64,000 bases of DNA from Octopus sinensis (taxonomy: Eukaryota). The notes beneath the pieces are model-generated. The model did not search any database, was not told where the DNA came from, and worked only from the letters and a program-made list of their open reading frames with translations. Of this stretch, positions 50,543-62,806 are shown one piece after another. The stretch covers positions 6,386,001-6,450,000 of the forward strand of contig NC_042999.1 in the NCBI RefSeq assembly GCF_006345805.1. The letters are read 5' to 3'. The position numbers were made by a program, and so were the translations under genes. The stretch's first letter is position 1. Every line of letters begins with the position of its first letter.

Positions 50543-52650
50543 GCTGATGGCATTTTTTCATTGAACAATTTTCTGTTGTTTTATTTTTTTTTTTTTAAAT
50601 TCCAAACTTGGCAACTGATTACCAGAACCAGCTGGCTGTGACTAACCATGGAACTTAAAACCAAAAAAAAGGACAAATGTATTGGTGATCATCGTGTTTA
50701 ATTACTGGCTACATTGGATGCCTTGGACTTCAATAAAAGCTTTGTTTTAGCTAAAAAAAAAAAAAGGTGGGGTACACAAACACAAACCTATCAGCCTTTC
50801 TAAATATATATTAAAAAAAAAAACCAAAACAATTAAAAAAAAAATGGTACATTACATTAGTGGAAGCCATTTGTAAATGTCCCATCTCCCATTTTCTAAG
50901 ATGGATTTCATCTGATATTGATGACCAAAATAAATAAAAAATAAGAAACTATTTGCTGTCTCAACTGTCATCTCGGTGGATTTAGGGAATAAAAAAGTGA
51001 AGAAAAACTTTTGAAGGAAGTTAAAAAAAAAATAAAAAGTTCAGCCTTTTTGTTTCTTTTTCAGTTAGAAGAAAAAAAAATGAATTCCTTCATATTGACA
51101 GCCTTGATTTCCTCTAGAATCTATTCTTAAATATTTCATTCTATCAAGAATGATGTATTTATGTTTTCGGGGTCCAAAGAAGAAAAAAAAAATTTATTTT
51201 AGTATTTTAATAATCATCACTTGCAAATAACTTGCTTGAGGTGTTGCCTGTTTGGCCTTTAGCTTATTAATGGATTGGTTGTGCTTTGTTAATTTTCCCC
51301 AGTGTTAAATTGTAATTTGTATATAAAAAAATCTCCTTCCTACAAGAGAAAACGGATGGCTTTACCAAAATTCCAACAAGTGTGAATTGGAAGTGAATAT
51401 CTTCCTTTAAAACATACTTTCTTGGTATCTGATAACTTCTCCCAATTTTTCTATATTCTAATTATTACTGCTTTATTTTAATGTGTGTGTAATATATACA
51501 CACACATATGTTATGTGTAAGGACATGTATGATAATTAATGGGACAAAAAAAAAAAACCAGACATGGGTTTGCCTATTTCATCAAATTTTTTATCATTCA
51601 GTTATGATTTTGGTGCTGGAAAATGTTGGTATCATTTGCCAGGGTCTCCAAACAACAAAACCCAGTCTTAGGACAGGGACTAAAGATGGTGGGGAGTTGG
51701 TTTGAGACAAACAAAGAGGCTAGCATAAAGGGGGAATTAAATTTTTGAAGAAATACAAGCTGAACATAGAGAAATATTTGTATGTGGTCTGTGGAGGAGT
51801 GGATGGCATGAAAGGAAGAAGATATAAGATAGAGCAAGTGAAACAAATACATGACAATAAAAATAGAAGTATGTAAGGGTAAGAACCAACTCCTTAAATG
51901 ACTGACAATGTAAAGGAGAAAAATTGGACCTGGATACAAACCCCAGTTTCTTAGCTAAATTTTTAACTTGGGTTATTCAATGGTTTTTGACACGGCAAAA
52001 ATTTGGTATTGCCCATCTGGAAAGTGCCAGGGTGTATATATGGATATACACACAGACATTTGAAAGACTAGTTTAAATCTTGGCAAAAAAAAAAATTTTG
52101 TAAACTGTGAAGCATTATTTCTTTACATTTGATTAATAATGTACCACAAAGTTTGCCTCTCTTTTATAAATACTTCAACTAATGAATATCTTGTAATTTC
52201 TTTTATGATCCAAAGTTAGTTTTTACTGGAAATCCAAAATCCTCTCAGATTCCTCCTATAGCTTTGTTCCCTCCCACTCTTAAACCTGCCAAGGGAGTTG
52301 GTAGAAATGGACAGGACCCATGTATAAAACCAAAAAGTATTTACACTGATGATAAATCTGAAAAAAAGGGCTTAAAACGATGACAAAGTTTCATAAATTA
52401 ATTTTAATTTTCAGGCCAGTGCTGCACTGAATGCAGTTTTGACTTTGACACATAATTTATATTTGAGAAAAATTTGAAAAGTATTTTTTGTAGGAGAGTA
52501 TTGTAGTTCGCTTGAAGCATTGTGTATTGTTTGTAAAAAATAAAAAGTTTTGAATGGTACAAAACAATGGCCTATATATCTGTTGTAATTTAGTCATCCA
52601 TTTAGTCTGATAATATTTCGGAATAAAATTCCTTCTTCAGATATTCTTAG
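50543..52650 (+). other. Putative UBR5 3' UTR (~2.1 kb maximum)
   Basis: A/U-rich, free of the SINEs found in the introns; AATAAA at 50732, 50933, 50988, 52539, 52622; true end not determinable from DNA. Confidence 0.55.
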
Positions 52651-52788
52651 ATGGAGTCACTGCTATGATCGGTTTTCCAAGCAGTGATTCTAAGAATATC
52701 TGAAGGAATTTTATTCCGAAATATTATCAGACTATATGGATGACTAAATTACAACAGGTATACAGCCAATTGTTTTGTACCATTCAAA
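52549..52788. terminator. Intergenic palindrome (~110-nt arms, 15-nt loop) with AATAAA on + (52622-52627) and on - (52710-52715): candidate bidirectional poly(A) element
   Basis: Arms aligned by eye, roughly 90% complementary; lies between the convergent UBR5 and PDCD2L 3' ends. Confidence 0.6.
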
Positions 52789-52815
52789 GCTTCTTAGTAT
52801 TTTTTTTTTTTGGTG

Positions 52816-52934
52816 TTACATAGATTGTTCGTCTTGTACAAAACATTCTTCTTCTCTCCATTTGTCCTTCTGGTCGTCCCAACAACTCAGTGAACAACTG
52901 TAGCAAATGACGGTTCCAAACTCTACAGCACAAT
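52816..52934 (-). CDS. PDCD2L: PDCD2L last exon: CAVEFGTVICYSCSLSCWDDQKDKWREEECFVQDEQSM*
   Basis: tttcag acceptor; TAA at 52818-52816. Confidence 0.93.
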
Positions 52935-55900
52935 CTGAAAGATACGAAATGCATTCAGTTCTATGCTCCATGGTGAAACAAGTGGCTAAGTAATGCCAGG
53001 TTTTAAGATTGTGGCAACTCTAACTTACCATTGCTACCAAGAAGATTGAGGTCTTTGACAAGAGCTGGCATCAACTGGAATTCAAACTGTCGGTCGGCTC
53101 CACAATAACTACAGCAGCCTGGATCAGGAGCGTTCTTTGTTAATGTGACTGGTTTCCCACCAAGCTCATACCTGTTCAACATTACGAAAGATGGAATACA
53201 TATGTAAACTCCTCTATATATATATATAAATTAGAGAAAAACCACTATTATGTAATTCAAACAATGATAGACAAATCAAAGAAAAAACATTTATCTAGAT
53301 CACAAAAAGTACAAAAATGAATAAACAATATATAAATAAGTAAAAAGACTACGTATGTTTCATGGCTATAATTTCAATTCGAATTACAATTAAATTTAAT
53401 TGAAAAACAATTCAATTTAAAAGTATAGTCCTCAGGTCAACAATAATTGTTAAATAAATAATCAAATAGAATTAAACAATATTTATTAAAGAAATAAAAT
53501 CATTAATTATTATATATATACACACACACATACAGTGTAAAACTATTATGTCATATGATGCAATTAAGATATAGGTTTACCTTACACACTGTTCTGGCCA
53601 TTTTGATAGAATTTTATAAAATTTGTAGACAGATTTATCTCCATGTTGCACGTTGGTCTTTTCATAGGTTTCTGTACATCCACCGGAAGTTTTCCCCACC
53701 CTGTGGAAACAAAGACTTGAATTACTGCTTTGTTAAGCTGATAGATGAAATCATGTGTGTATGCACACAGACAGAGACACACGTTTACACAGGTGCAAAA
53801 TCTGGTGGAGAAAATAGTTCTCAAATTCCAAAGGTAGACTTAAAATATGGTATTTCTGTTGAAGCTGAGGGAACTTCAAGAATGGTTACTCAGAATTTCC
53901 TCTAACCATTTGTCAAATGGTTGTGAGTATTCAGAACACAAGTCTGAGCAGTTACGTGAAACTGAGTAAGTTTCTGAATTTTTTTTCCAGCTTGAGTAAA
54001 ATTATGTCTTTATATATATAAAGCTGAAGTTGTCTGTGTGTGGCAGGTTTGGTAGCCTTCAACTAACACTATCTCCTCCGAAACCCTGTGGCGCAAGTTG
54101 ACCAAAATTGAGAGTATGATAGAAGAAGGCTTGCTCTTCCTTCCGTAGAAGAAAAAATTCAAATCGGACCATGTTAACACCAAAAATTATTTACATCAAA
54201 GAGGTGCTTTTTTTTCTATGAAAATCCCTATTTTTTACGATTTTTTTACTGCTGGGTCGCCATTTTTCTGTGTATTTCAACCAAAAAAAGGTTCACTTAA
54301 AGAGAATAACAAGCTACATAATGCAAAATTTTTGCTTTTCAAAAATTCCAATTCTAAAGGGTTGAAAAGAATACAAACCCGAGCAATGCCGGGCTATACT
54401 GCTAGTTTATAGATAAGACCCAGCAACTAAAATGAGATTGCAGCCATGCATGTCCGGCCCTGTTAAGAATACCCCTGATGCACTGGGTGATACGATATGC
54501 TTGCGAAGACCTTTTGAGTCTAGTAAAACCAATATCGTAGCTGTGGCCAGTGCCCCCTGACTGGCTCCCATTCCGGTGGCATGCAAATAGCACCATCCGA
54601 ACATGGCTGATGCCAGTAACCCCCGACTGGCCCCTGTGCCGGTGGCATGTAAAAGCACTATCTAAATGTGATCAATACTAGGCCCAACTGACTGGCTCCT
54701 GTGCCAGGGGCTCGTAAAAAGCACCCACTACACTCTAAAGAGTGGTTAGCATTAGGAAGGGCATCCAGCTGTAGAAACATTGCCAGATCAGATTGGAGCC
54801 TGGAGCAGTCGCTGGCTCTCCAGACCTCAGTCAAACCATCCAACCCATGCCAGCATGGAAAATGGATGTTAAACAATCATGATATAAAAAAAAAAAAAAA
54901 GGTCACAGAACCATCACAAGGTGTTCTAAACTCACTGAGCAGCACTGATCATTTCTTCGTAAGCTTTTCCTTCTTTTTCTTTATAGTTTTCCAGAAGCTG
55001 TTGGATGTGCTCAGAGTGACTGGCTTCTTCTGATTCTTCGTATACATTTAAATAATAAGGCTTGAGGCACGGTTCATCTTTGTAATTTAGTTGATGGTTT
55101 TGGTGGGAAGTTGAGCTCGTTTGTGGGAAGCAACTTTATTAAGAAAAAGAAAAAATATATATACATATATAAATAAATAGTATGATCTTAATTTCAGAAG
55201 AGGGAGAAATTTATTTTATCAACTAAGAAAAACATTTTTCTGTAACAAAAACAATTCAATTCACATGCCAGTACCATGTACTCACTAAAGTGGTGGGCAT
55301 TAGGAAGGGCATGCAGGTGAAGAAACCATTCCAAAATTGACAATGGAACCAGGTGCTGCTCTTGGGGATTGGCAGCTCCTTTCAAACTGTCCAACCCATG
55401 CCAGCATGGAAAGTAGATGTTAAAGACAATCAAGATTTATAATTTCTTTTTTTTAATTGATATTAAAGCTAATGAAATCGTGTGAGAATAAAGAGTTTCA
55501 TGTTTTCAAAAATTCCAATTCTAAAGGGTTGAAAAGAATACAAACCCGAGCAATGCCGGGCTATACTGCTAGTTTATAGATAAGACCCAGCAACTAAAAT
55601 GAGATTGCAGCCACGCATGTCCGGCCCTGTTAAGAATACCCCAGATGCATTGGGCAATACGATATGCTTTCTTGGCTTCATTTAAGCACACAGTTGGGAA
55701 ATGGAGGCTACACAAGTTAGAAATGTCAGTTATGGCTAAATATCTCAAGTCACTGGATTACAGCCATGTTGGGTTTTAACTTTAATCTGGTTCTTATCTT
55801 ATCAAATCTTGAAAGAACAAAAAGTCACATTTAGTGTAAAGGAAGACAACTTAACTCCAGCTGAATGACAAAAAAATGTGTTAATCTCTCTCTTACACAC

Positions 55901-58900
55901 ACAAAACATAATCTCCACCTGTTTCTGTCAGACTGTGACACAGCTTCTATGTTCTAAACTTCGTTAACCCTTTAGCATTTAAACTGGCCACATCCGGTCC
56001 AAATTTTCTCCTTCTTTTATGTTCAAACCATCCAGATCAGGCCTCTCACTCATATCCTACAATGACATCCTCAAAATAAACCATCATCATTTAGTGTCCG
56101 CTTTCCATGCTAGCATGGGTTGGACGGTTCAACTGGGGTCTGTGAAGCCAGAAGGCTGCATCAGGCCCAGTCTGATCCGGCAGTGTTTCTACAGCTGGAC
56201 ATCCTTCATAACACCAACCACTCCGCGAGTGTGGTGGGTGCTTTTTACGTGCCACCGACACAGGTGCCAGACGGAGCTGGCAAACGGCCACGAACGGATG
56301 GAGCTTTTACGTGCCACCGGCACGGGGGCCAGGCGAAGCTGGCAACGGACACGAGCGGATGGTGCTTTTTACATGCCACCGGCACGAGGCCAGTCGGGGC
56401 GGCGCTGGCAACGGTCACGAACAGATGGTTCTCTTACGTGCCACCGGCACTGGTAACTCAGCTGCAATTTCCATTGATCGATTTCGATTCTGATCCTCAC
56501 ATCATCAAATTCTCAGAATTACAAGATAATGCAGGATTAATTCAAAACAATGTGAATAAACAAGCATTATATTTGACAGAGTAATCTGAACACTGTGACT
56601 TTCATGACCTGCTCCAACAATTTGATGCCTCTGGGGTTGCTTCTATCTAAGGCATCTCCTCCCTGTCATTGGTTATGACCTCTTCCTGCACAACCTGGGC
56701 CATATCATACTCTGCCACATATTTTAAGCATCTTAGCAGTAATTCCCAATGGATCAGGGAATTTCCTTGTCTTCAGTTGATGGGGTTTCACAGAGTTTTC
56801 GTCAACTTAATTTCATTGACAAGGCTTGCGGCTGGCACGGCAGAATTGTGAAGTGAACTTCTGAATCATTTGGCCATTCTGTTCACTAGAATACCTGTCC
56901 CGGTGACACGTAAAAAGCACCAACCGATCGTGGCCGCTGCCAGCCTCCCCTGGCACCTGTGCTGGTGGCACGTAAAAAGCACCCACTACACTCACAGAGT
57001 GGTTGGTGTTAGGAAGGACATCCAGCTGTAGAAACTCTGCCAGATCAGACTGGAGCCTGGTGTAGCCTCCTGGCTTCCCAGACCTCGGTTGAACCGTCCA
57101 ACCCATGCCAGCATGGAAAGCGGACGATGATGGTGATGATGAAACTCAACATGGCCAATGCCATATTCTTTTATGAACTCTGTGTTGAGACAAAAGAAAA
57201 ATAAACTTTACAGGAAATAAAGGTACTGCTGGCACATACAAAACCCAGGTGAGGGTGTCATGTAAAAGAGCATCCAGTACACACCGTAAAGTGGTTGGCA
57301 TTAGGATAAAGAAAATTAAAGGAAGTCTAAGATATATTGGTCTCAATTTTGGCACAATTTCAGGGAGTGGGCAAGTAGAATTACATCAACCCCAGTGCAC
57401 AGCTGGTATTTATTTCATTGACCCTGAAAGGATGGAAAGTAAAGTTGACTTTGGTGGAGTTTGAACTCAGAATGTAAAGACAGATGAAGTGCTAATGATC
57501 CTGCTAACAGGCTAAAGTATATTAACAAAGATCAATAATTACTTCCTTCCACATACCAATCTATACATATAAAGCTGAAGTTGCCTGCGTATGGCAGGTT
57601 TGGTAGCCTTCAACTAACACTATCTCCTCTGAGACCCTGCGGCGCAAGTTGACCAAATTTGAGAGTATGATAGAAGAAGGCTTGCTCTTCCTTCCGTAGA
57701 AGAAAAAATTCAAATCGGACCATGTTAACACCAAAAATTATTTACATCAAAAAGGTGCTTTTTTTCTATGAAAATTCCTATTTTTTACTGCTGTGTCGCC
57801 ATTTTCAGTGTATTTCAACCAGAAAAATGTTCACTTAAAAAGAATAACAAGCTACATAATGCAAAATACTTTTACTTTTCAAAAATTCCAATTCTAAAGG
57901 GTCAAAACAAACTAGTGTATGATGAACAGAATTTCTTGATCTGCCATGAGAAGAGAAGACATTCCTCAATGATATAAAATCTGTTCAAATTTTGGTGAGG
58001 AAATGAAAGAACTACAATCAGGAATGAAACTTCAGTTGTTGACTCAGCCTCCATAGAAGCTTGCTTGACACTTCAGCCATGCCACTCACCACTAACTAGA
58101 CTACAAGAAAGTGAGAAAGTGTTTTTTATATATGTGTGTGTGTGTATAATGGAAGGATTTGAAAAACTTTGATCCATTAAGTTTAACTAAATAATTAATT
58201 AATTAAACAGTTCCCTCTGGAGGTGAGGGAGAGAATAACTTTTAAAACTGTAAGCAAGGGAGATAACTACAATACCATCTGTTTCCATTAAGACAATTTC
58301 GAGACACTGGAAGGAGAAGATTTGGTCCTTAAAGGATTCTAATCTATAGTCCATTATATTATTATTATTATTTTATTGTTGTTACATTATCTGTTATATA
58401 AATCTGGATTGAAGGCAGCAAGCTAGCAGAATCATCGTTAGCATGATGGCTTAGTAGCATTTCGTCCGTCTTTTACATTCTGAGCTCAAATTCCTCCAAC
58501 GTTGACTTTGCCCTTCATCTTTTTGGAGTTGATAAAATAAGAACCAGTTGAGCACTGGGATGGAGAGGGGGGGGGGGGTAATCGACAAAGCCCCTCCCTC
58601 GAAATTGCTGGCCTTGTGCTAAAACTTGAGGCACCTGTGCCGGTGGCATATGTAAAAAGATTTGAGCGAGGTCATTGCCAGTACTGCCGGACTGGCCCCC
58701 GTGCCAGTGGCACGTAAAAAGCACCCACTACACTCTCAGAGTGGTTGGCGTTAGGAAGGGCATCCAGCTGTAGAAACTCTGCCAGATCAAGATTGGTTCA
58801 CCAGTCCTTAGTCAAAAGCGTCCAACCCATGCTAGCATGAAAAGCGGACGTTAAACAATGATGATGATGAAATTAGCTGGATTAAAGTCCTGTTTTATCA

Positions 58901-61731
58901 ACAATACATGTGAAATGAATAATTGCAGAAACTGCCAGGGTTGTTTTATTGGGCAGAGTGCTTTTCTTGAGTTCCAAGACTGAAAGTGGATGAGAAATAA
59001 ACCATTGCCCTTAGATAGGAGACAAAGGCGATAGGAACTCAGGTTATAAGCATTTCGCCCAGTGTGCTAATGCTTCTTATTTCTTTACTACCCACAAGGG
59101 GCTAAACACAGAGGGGACAAACAAGGACAGACAAAGGGATTAAGTCGATTACATCAACTTCAGTGTGTAACTGGTACTTAATTTATCAACCCAGAAAGGA
59201 TGAAAGGCAAAGTCTACCTTGGCGGAATTTGAACTCAGAACGTAATGACAGACGAAATACCACTAAGCATTTCACCAATCGTGCTAACGTTTCTGCCAGC
59301 TCTCAGCTTTAAGAACTGGAAATGATATCATACCTGTCACTCAAGAAAGACAAATGTAAACTCAAAGATCATCATCATTATTCAATGTCCGTTGCCCATG
59401 CTAGTGTGGGTTGGACGGTTTGACCGGGGCTAGTAAGCTGGAAGGTTGCACCAGACTCCAGTCTGTTTTGGCATGGCTTCTACAGCTGAACATAAATTGT
59501 GACTAAGGTTTGGTGGACAATTTTAATTCAGAACTTATGAAAACAAGACACTTGTACTACAGAGCCAACCACACTGTGAGTGTAACGGGTGCTTTTATGT
59601 GCCACTGGCACGGGTGCCATCTGCTATAACTGCGATTTTACTTGGCTTGATGGCTCTTCCTTCTCAAGCACGATGTGTATAAAAGTAGTTTAAACATGTT
59701 AACTACCATTGCCTGTTACTAGAACTTATCAGTGACACCACATCGTTTTGACCACGCTGCATGCTGTTTAACCCTTTGATTACTGTATTTCTTTTGGGAT
59801 GTTCTGTGTTTCTTTCAATTATTTTAAATATAACAAAGAATTTAGTAAAATAACTTCATTATCATTCAGCTAGTGTTAGGAACATAAATTGTGACTAAGG
59901 TTTGGTGGAAGATTTTAATTCAGAACTTTTGAAAACAAGACATTTGTACTACAGATCCAGAGGCGGTTTCATCTGGGTTGGTATCGAAAGGGTTAATTAC
60001 AAGGAGGCATAATTTTTTTTGCATTTTTACAATATTTCATAATAAAACTTTAATATTTAGCACCCATGTTATTTAAATATCTTTGAAACCATAGACTAAA
60101 ATATTTTCTCAAATTATGGAAACGTACCATTTGGTGGTGCATCTGGCACTTGTGCAAAGTTTGTAATGAACCGCCAGTGGGATATGTGGTAATTAATTTG
60201 TTAATTAGCTATTTACTTACTTGCTCATTTCCTCACACGCTCTGTTTTTAGTCTCTGCATCCTGTTCACCGAGTTTACATTTGTTATCCATCATCTTGCT
60301 GAGATCACTTTCGGCCAAACCATTGCTCGGCTGCTCACACCATTCATCTACCTCTATGTCATCGTCCCAAGTATTATCGTCACAGCCCCAGGAATCAACG
60401 AGTTTAACCTTTTTTTCAGTTACTGAATTGTTGTTGAAGGCATTAGTAGCAGGAGTTGCTTCAGAATTTTGTTCACGAAAAATTTTCCAGCTAAAAATAA
60501 AAAAAAAAACAAAAACAATTACTCATAATTAGAGAATTTCATCAATTGATTTCAAGGCTTGGGTGATGGAAATTGTGATGTTGATGTCTCTCAAAGAGAT
60601 TACAGGAATAACTAAATCATCATCATCATCGTTTAACGTCCACTTTCCCATGCTGGCATGGGTTGGATGGTTTGACTGAGGACCGGCAAGCCAGGAGGCA
60701 GCACCAGGCTCCAATCTGATCTGGCAAGGTTTCTATAACTGGATGCCCTTCCTAATGCCAACCACTCCCATCTACCAAATCCACAACCAAGGTTTTGTTC
60801 AGCTCAAGGTTATAGTAGAAAACACTTGCCCAAGGTATCCAGAGGGGAACTGAACCCAGAACCATGTGGTGGAGAAGCAAGCCTCTTACCACACAGCCAA
60901 GCCTTAGTGTTCATAATCTATTAATATAACAGGATTCATATAACTTTACTTATTTTCTCACAATAAAATCTGTCCAGACCTACCATCATCATAGTTTAAC
61001 GTCCACTTTCCATGCTGGCATGGGTTGGATGGTTTGACCGAGGACTGGCAGGCCAGGAGGCTGCACCAGGTTCCAATCTGATCAGGCAAGGTTTACACAG
61101 CTGGACGCCCTTCCTAACGCCAACTACTCCGGGAGTGTCTTTTACGTGCCACCAGCATGGGAACCAGTCAGGTGGCACTGGCATCGACAATACTCAAATA
61201 GTGCTTTTTATGTGCCACCGGCATGGAAATCAGTCAGGGGGCACTGGCATTGACCACGCTCAAATAGTGCTTTTTACATGCCACTGGCATGGGAACCAGT
61301 CAGGTGGCACTGGCATTGACCATGCTTGAATGGTGCTCTTGGCCATGGCCATGGGAAAGTATTGCCTTGCTTGGAAACAGGCTAAGGTTGGCAACAGCAA
61401 GAATATCTGTCTGGCCATAAAAAATCTACTTCAACAAATTTGGACTGACCCATGCAAACATGAAAAAGTGAACGTTAAATGATGATGATGATGAAAAGGA
61501 GAAGGAGGAAGAGAAGATGGTCTTCAAATGACTAAAAGAACCAAAAAAATGTAGAATTTCAGTGACTTACCATTCACTCTTACCCCAACAAGTTGTGTTG
61601 ATGCAGGAGAACAGATGTAAAGTTCGGTGATAAGACGACTGCATGAGGGGACAATACAACTGGACAATCTGACACATCGACTGCTGACACTGACAACATT
61701 TCGGTACTGCAAGGGGCTCCGTAAACTGATC
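52816..61731 (-). CDS. PDCD2L: Programmed cell death protein 2-like (PDCD2_C domain protein), 5'-partial, 6 exons in window
   Basis: Spliced translation has QLYCPL...YHRTLHLFSC, WKIFR, PYYLNV, YEKT, RYELGG...CSYCGADRQFEFQLMPAL, VEFGTVICYSCSLSCW; no MYND finger, so PDCD2L rather than PDCD2; phases consistent. Confidence 0.9.
53029..53171 (-). CDS. PDCD2L: PDCD2L exon: YELGGKPV...CSYCGADRQFEFQLMPALVKDL
   Basis: gaacag/gtaagt; FEFQLMP signature of PDCD2_C. Confidence 0.93.
53581..53700 (-). CDS. PDCD2L: PDCD2L exon: VGKTSGGCTETYEKTNVQHGDKSVYKFYKILSKWPEQCV
   Basis: ccacag/gtaaac, phase 2 to 2. Confidence 0.9.
54007..54405 (+). mobile_element. Non-autonomous Helitron
   Basis: 5' TC..(TA)n aaagctgaag; 3' hairpin cccgagcaatgccggg then CTAG|T. 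Confidence 0.75.
54936..55133 (-). CDS. PDCD2L: PDCD2L exon: CFPQTSS...DEPCLKPYYLNVYEE...HIQQLLENYKEKEG
   Basis: ataaag/gtgagt, phase 2 to 2; the acceptor was chosen to keep frame. Confidence 0.82.
56600..56770 (-). pseudogene. RTE-type RT fragment
   Basis: GDALDRSNPRGIKLLEQVMKV on minus strand. Confidence 0.6.
57560..57915 (+). mobile_element. Helitron copy lacking the 3' hairpin
   Basis: A|TC start, same body, ends CTAG|T. Confidence 0.7.
60221..60490 (-). CDS. PDCD2L: PDCD2L exon: WKIFREQNS...DSWGCDDNTWDDD...
   Basis: ttttag/gtaagt, phase 2 to 2. Confidence 0.88.
61571..61731 (-). CDS. PDCD2L: PDCD2L exon: DQFTEPLAVPKCCQCQQSMCQIVQLYCPLMQSSYHRTLHLFSCINTTCW
   Basis: ctctag/gtaagt on minus strand, phase 0 to 2. 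Confidence 0.9.
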
Positions 61732-61825
61732 CTAGAGATGAAAGTAAGAAATTGGTGTCATTGTTATCATTTGTAGTATTAGTATTAGGCAGGAAATGTG
61801 CTTAAGACAAAAACTGCTCTTATAA

Positions 61826-62179
61826 TCTCTCTATATATAAAGCTGGAATTGTCTGTGTATGACAGGTTTGGTAGCCTTCAACTAACACTATCTCCTCCGA
61901 GACCCTGCGGCACAAGTTGACCAAAATTGAAAGTATGATAGAATCAGACCATGTTAACACCAAAAATTATTTACATCAAAAAGGTGCTTTTTTTTCTATG
62001 AAAATCCCTATTTTTTACAATTTTTTGACTGCTGTGTCACCATTTTTCGGTGTATTTCAACCAGAAAAATGTTCACTTAAAGAGAATAACAAGCTACATA
62101 ATGCAAAATTTTTACTTTTCAAAAATTCCAATTCTAAAGGGTCGAAACAAACCTGAGCAACGCCGGGCGATACTGCTAG
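61826..62179 (+). mobile_element. Helitron copy with an internal deletion
   Basis: A|TC start; cctgagcaacgccgggcgatactgCTAG|T end. Confidence 0.75.
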
Positions 62180-62744
62180 TTTATACATATTCACCAAACC
62201 TTCATCAAACACACACAAAACATCGTCATTATGAAATTTCTCTCACTCTCTCTCTCTTGCCCGAAATGGTCATGACTGCTGGAACTTGACTGAGGAAAGA
62301 GAGCCACAAATGACCTGTCTGTTTTTGCCTGTCCTAATTGTTGTTTCTCTTGTCCACCTTTGTATCGTCTATCTGTCCGAACATTTTAATGTCCTCTATT
62401 GCGTTTTTGTTCCATTTTTATTTAAAATCACAGAATGTAAAAAAATATATATTTCCTAATAAAATACAAATAGAGCCATTCTATTTGTATTTTATTAGAA
62501 TATATACATTTTTACATTCTGTGATTTTATGTATTATTTTTTTTATGTGTTTGTAGACCATGGCGTTTTTTATATATGATTAAATGTTTGAGTGGTGGTG
62601 TTGTATGTAAAGTCGTTGACCTGAATTTAATGTTTGTTCTATAACCAATGCTTCTTCATTTTCATCTCATATTTGAGTACTTCTTTTGCAGTCCTTTTAT
62701 TTCTATATTACGAGATAAATATTATTTCTTGTTATGTGTGTGTA

Positions 62745-62806
<62 letters not shown>

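Noticed and set aside
56790-56890. Possible extra PDCD2L exon on the minus strand
   Set aside because: Stops in the required phase, and exons 60221-60490 and 54936-55133 already join in frame
40-61329. Many 60-180 aa ORFs such as MLAWVGRFD..., [14 protein letters not shown]..., MVLFTCHRH...
   Set aside because: They are translations of the abundant retroposon and its tandem array, recurring with frameshifts; not genes
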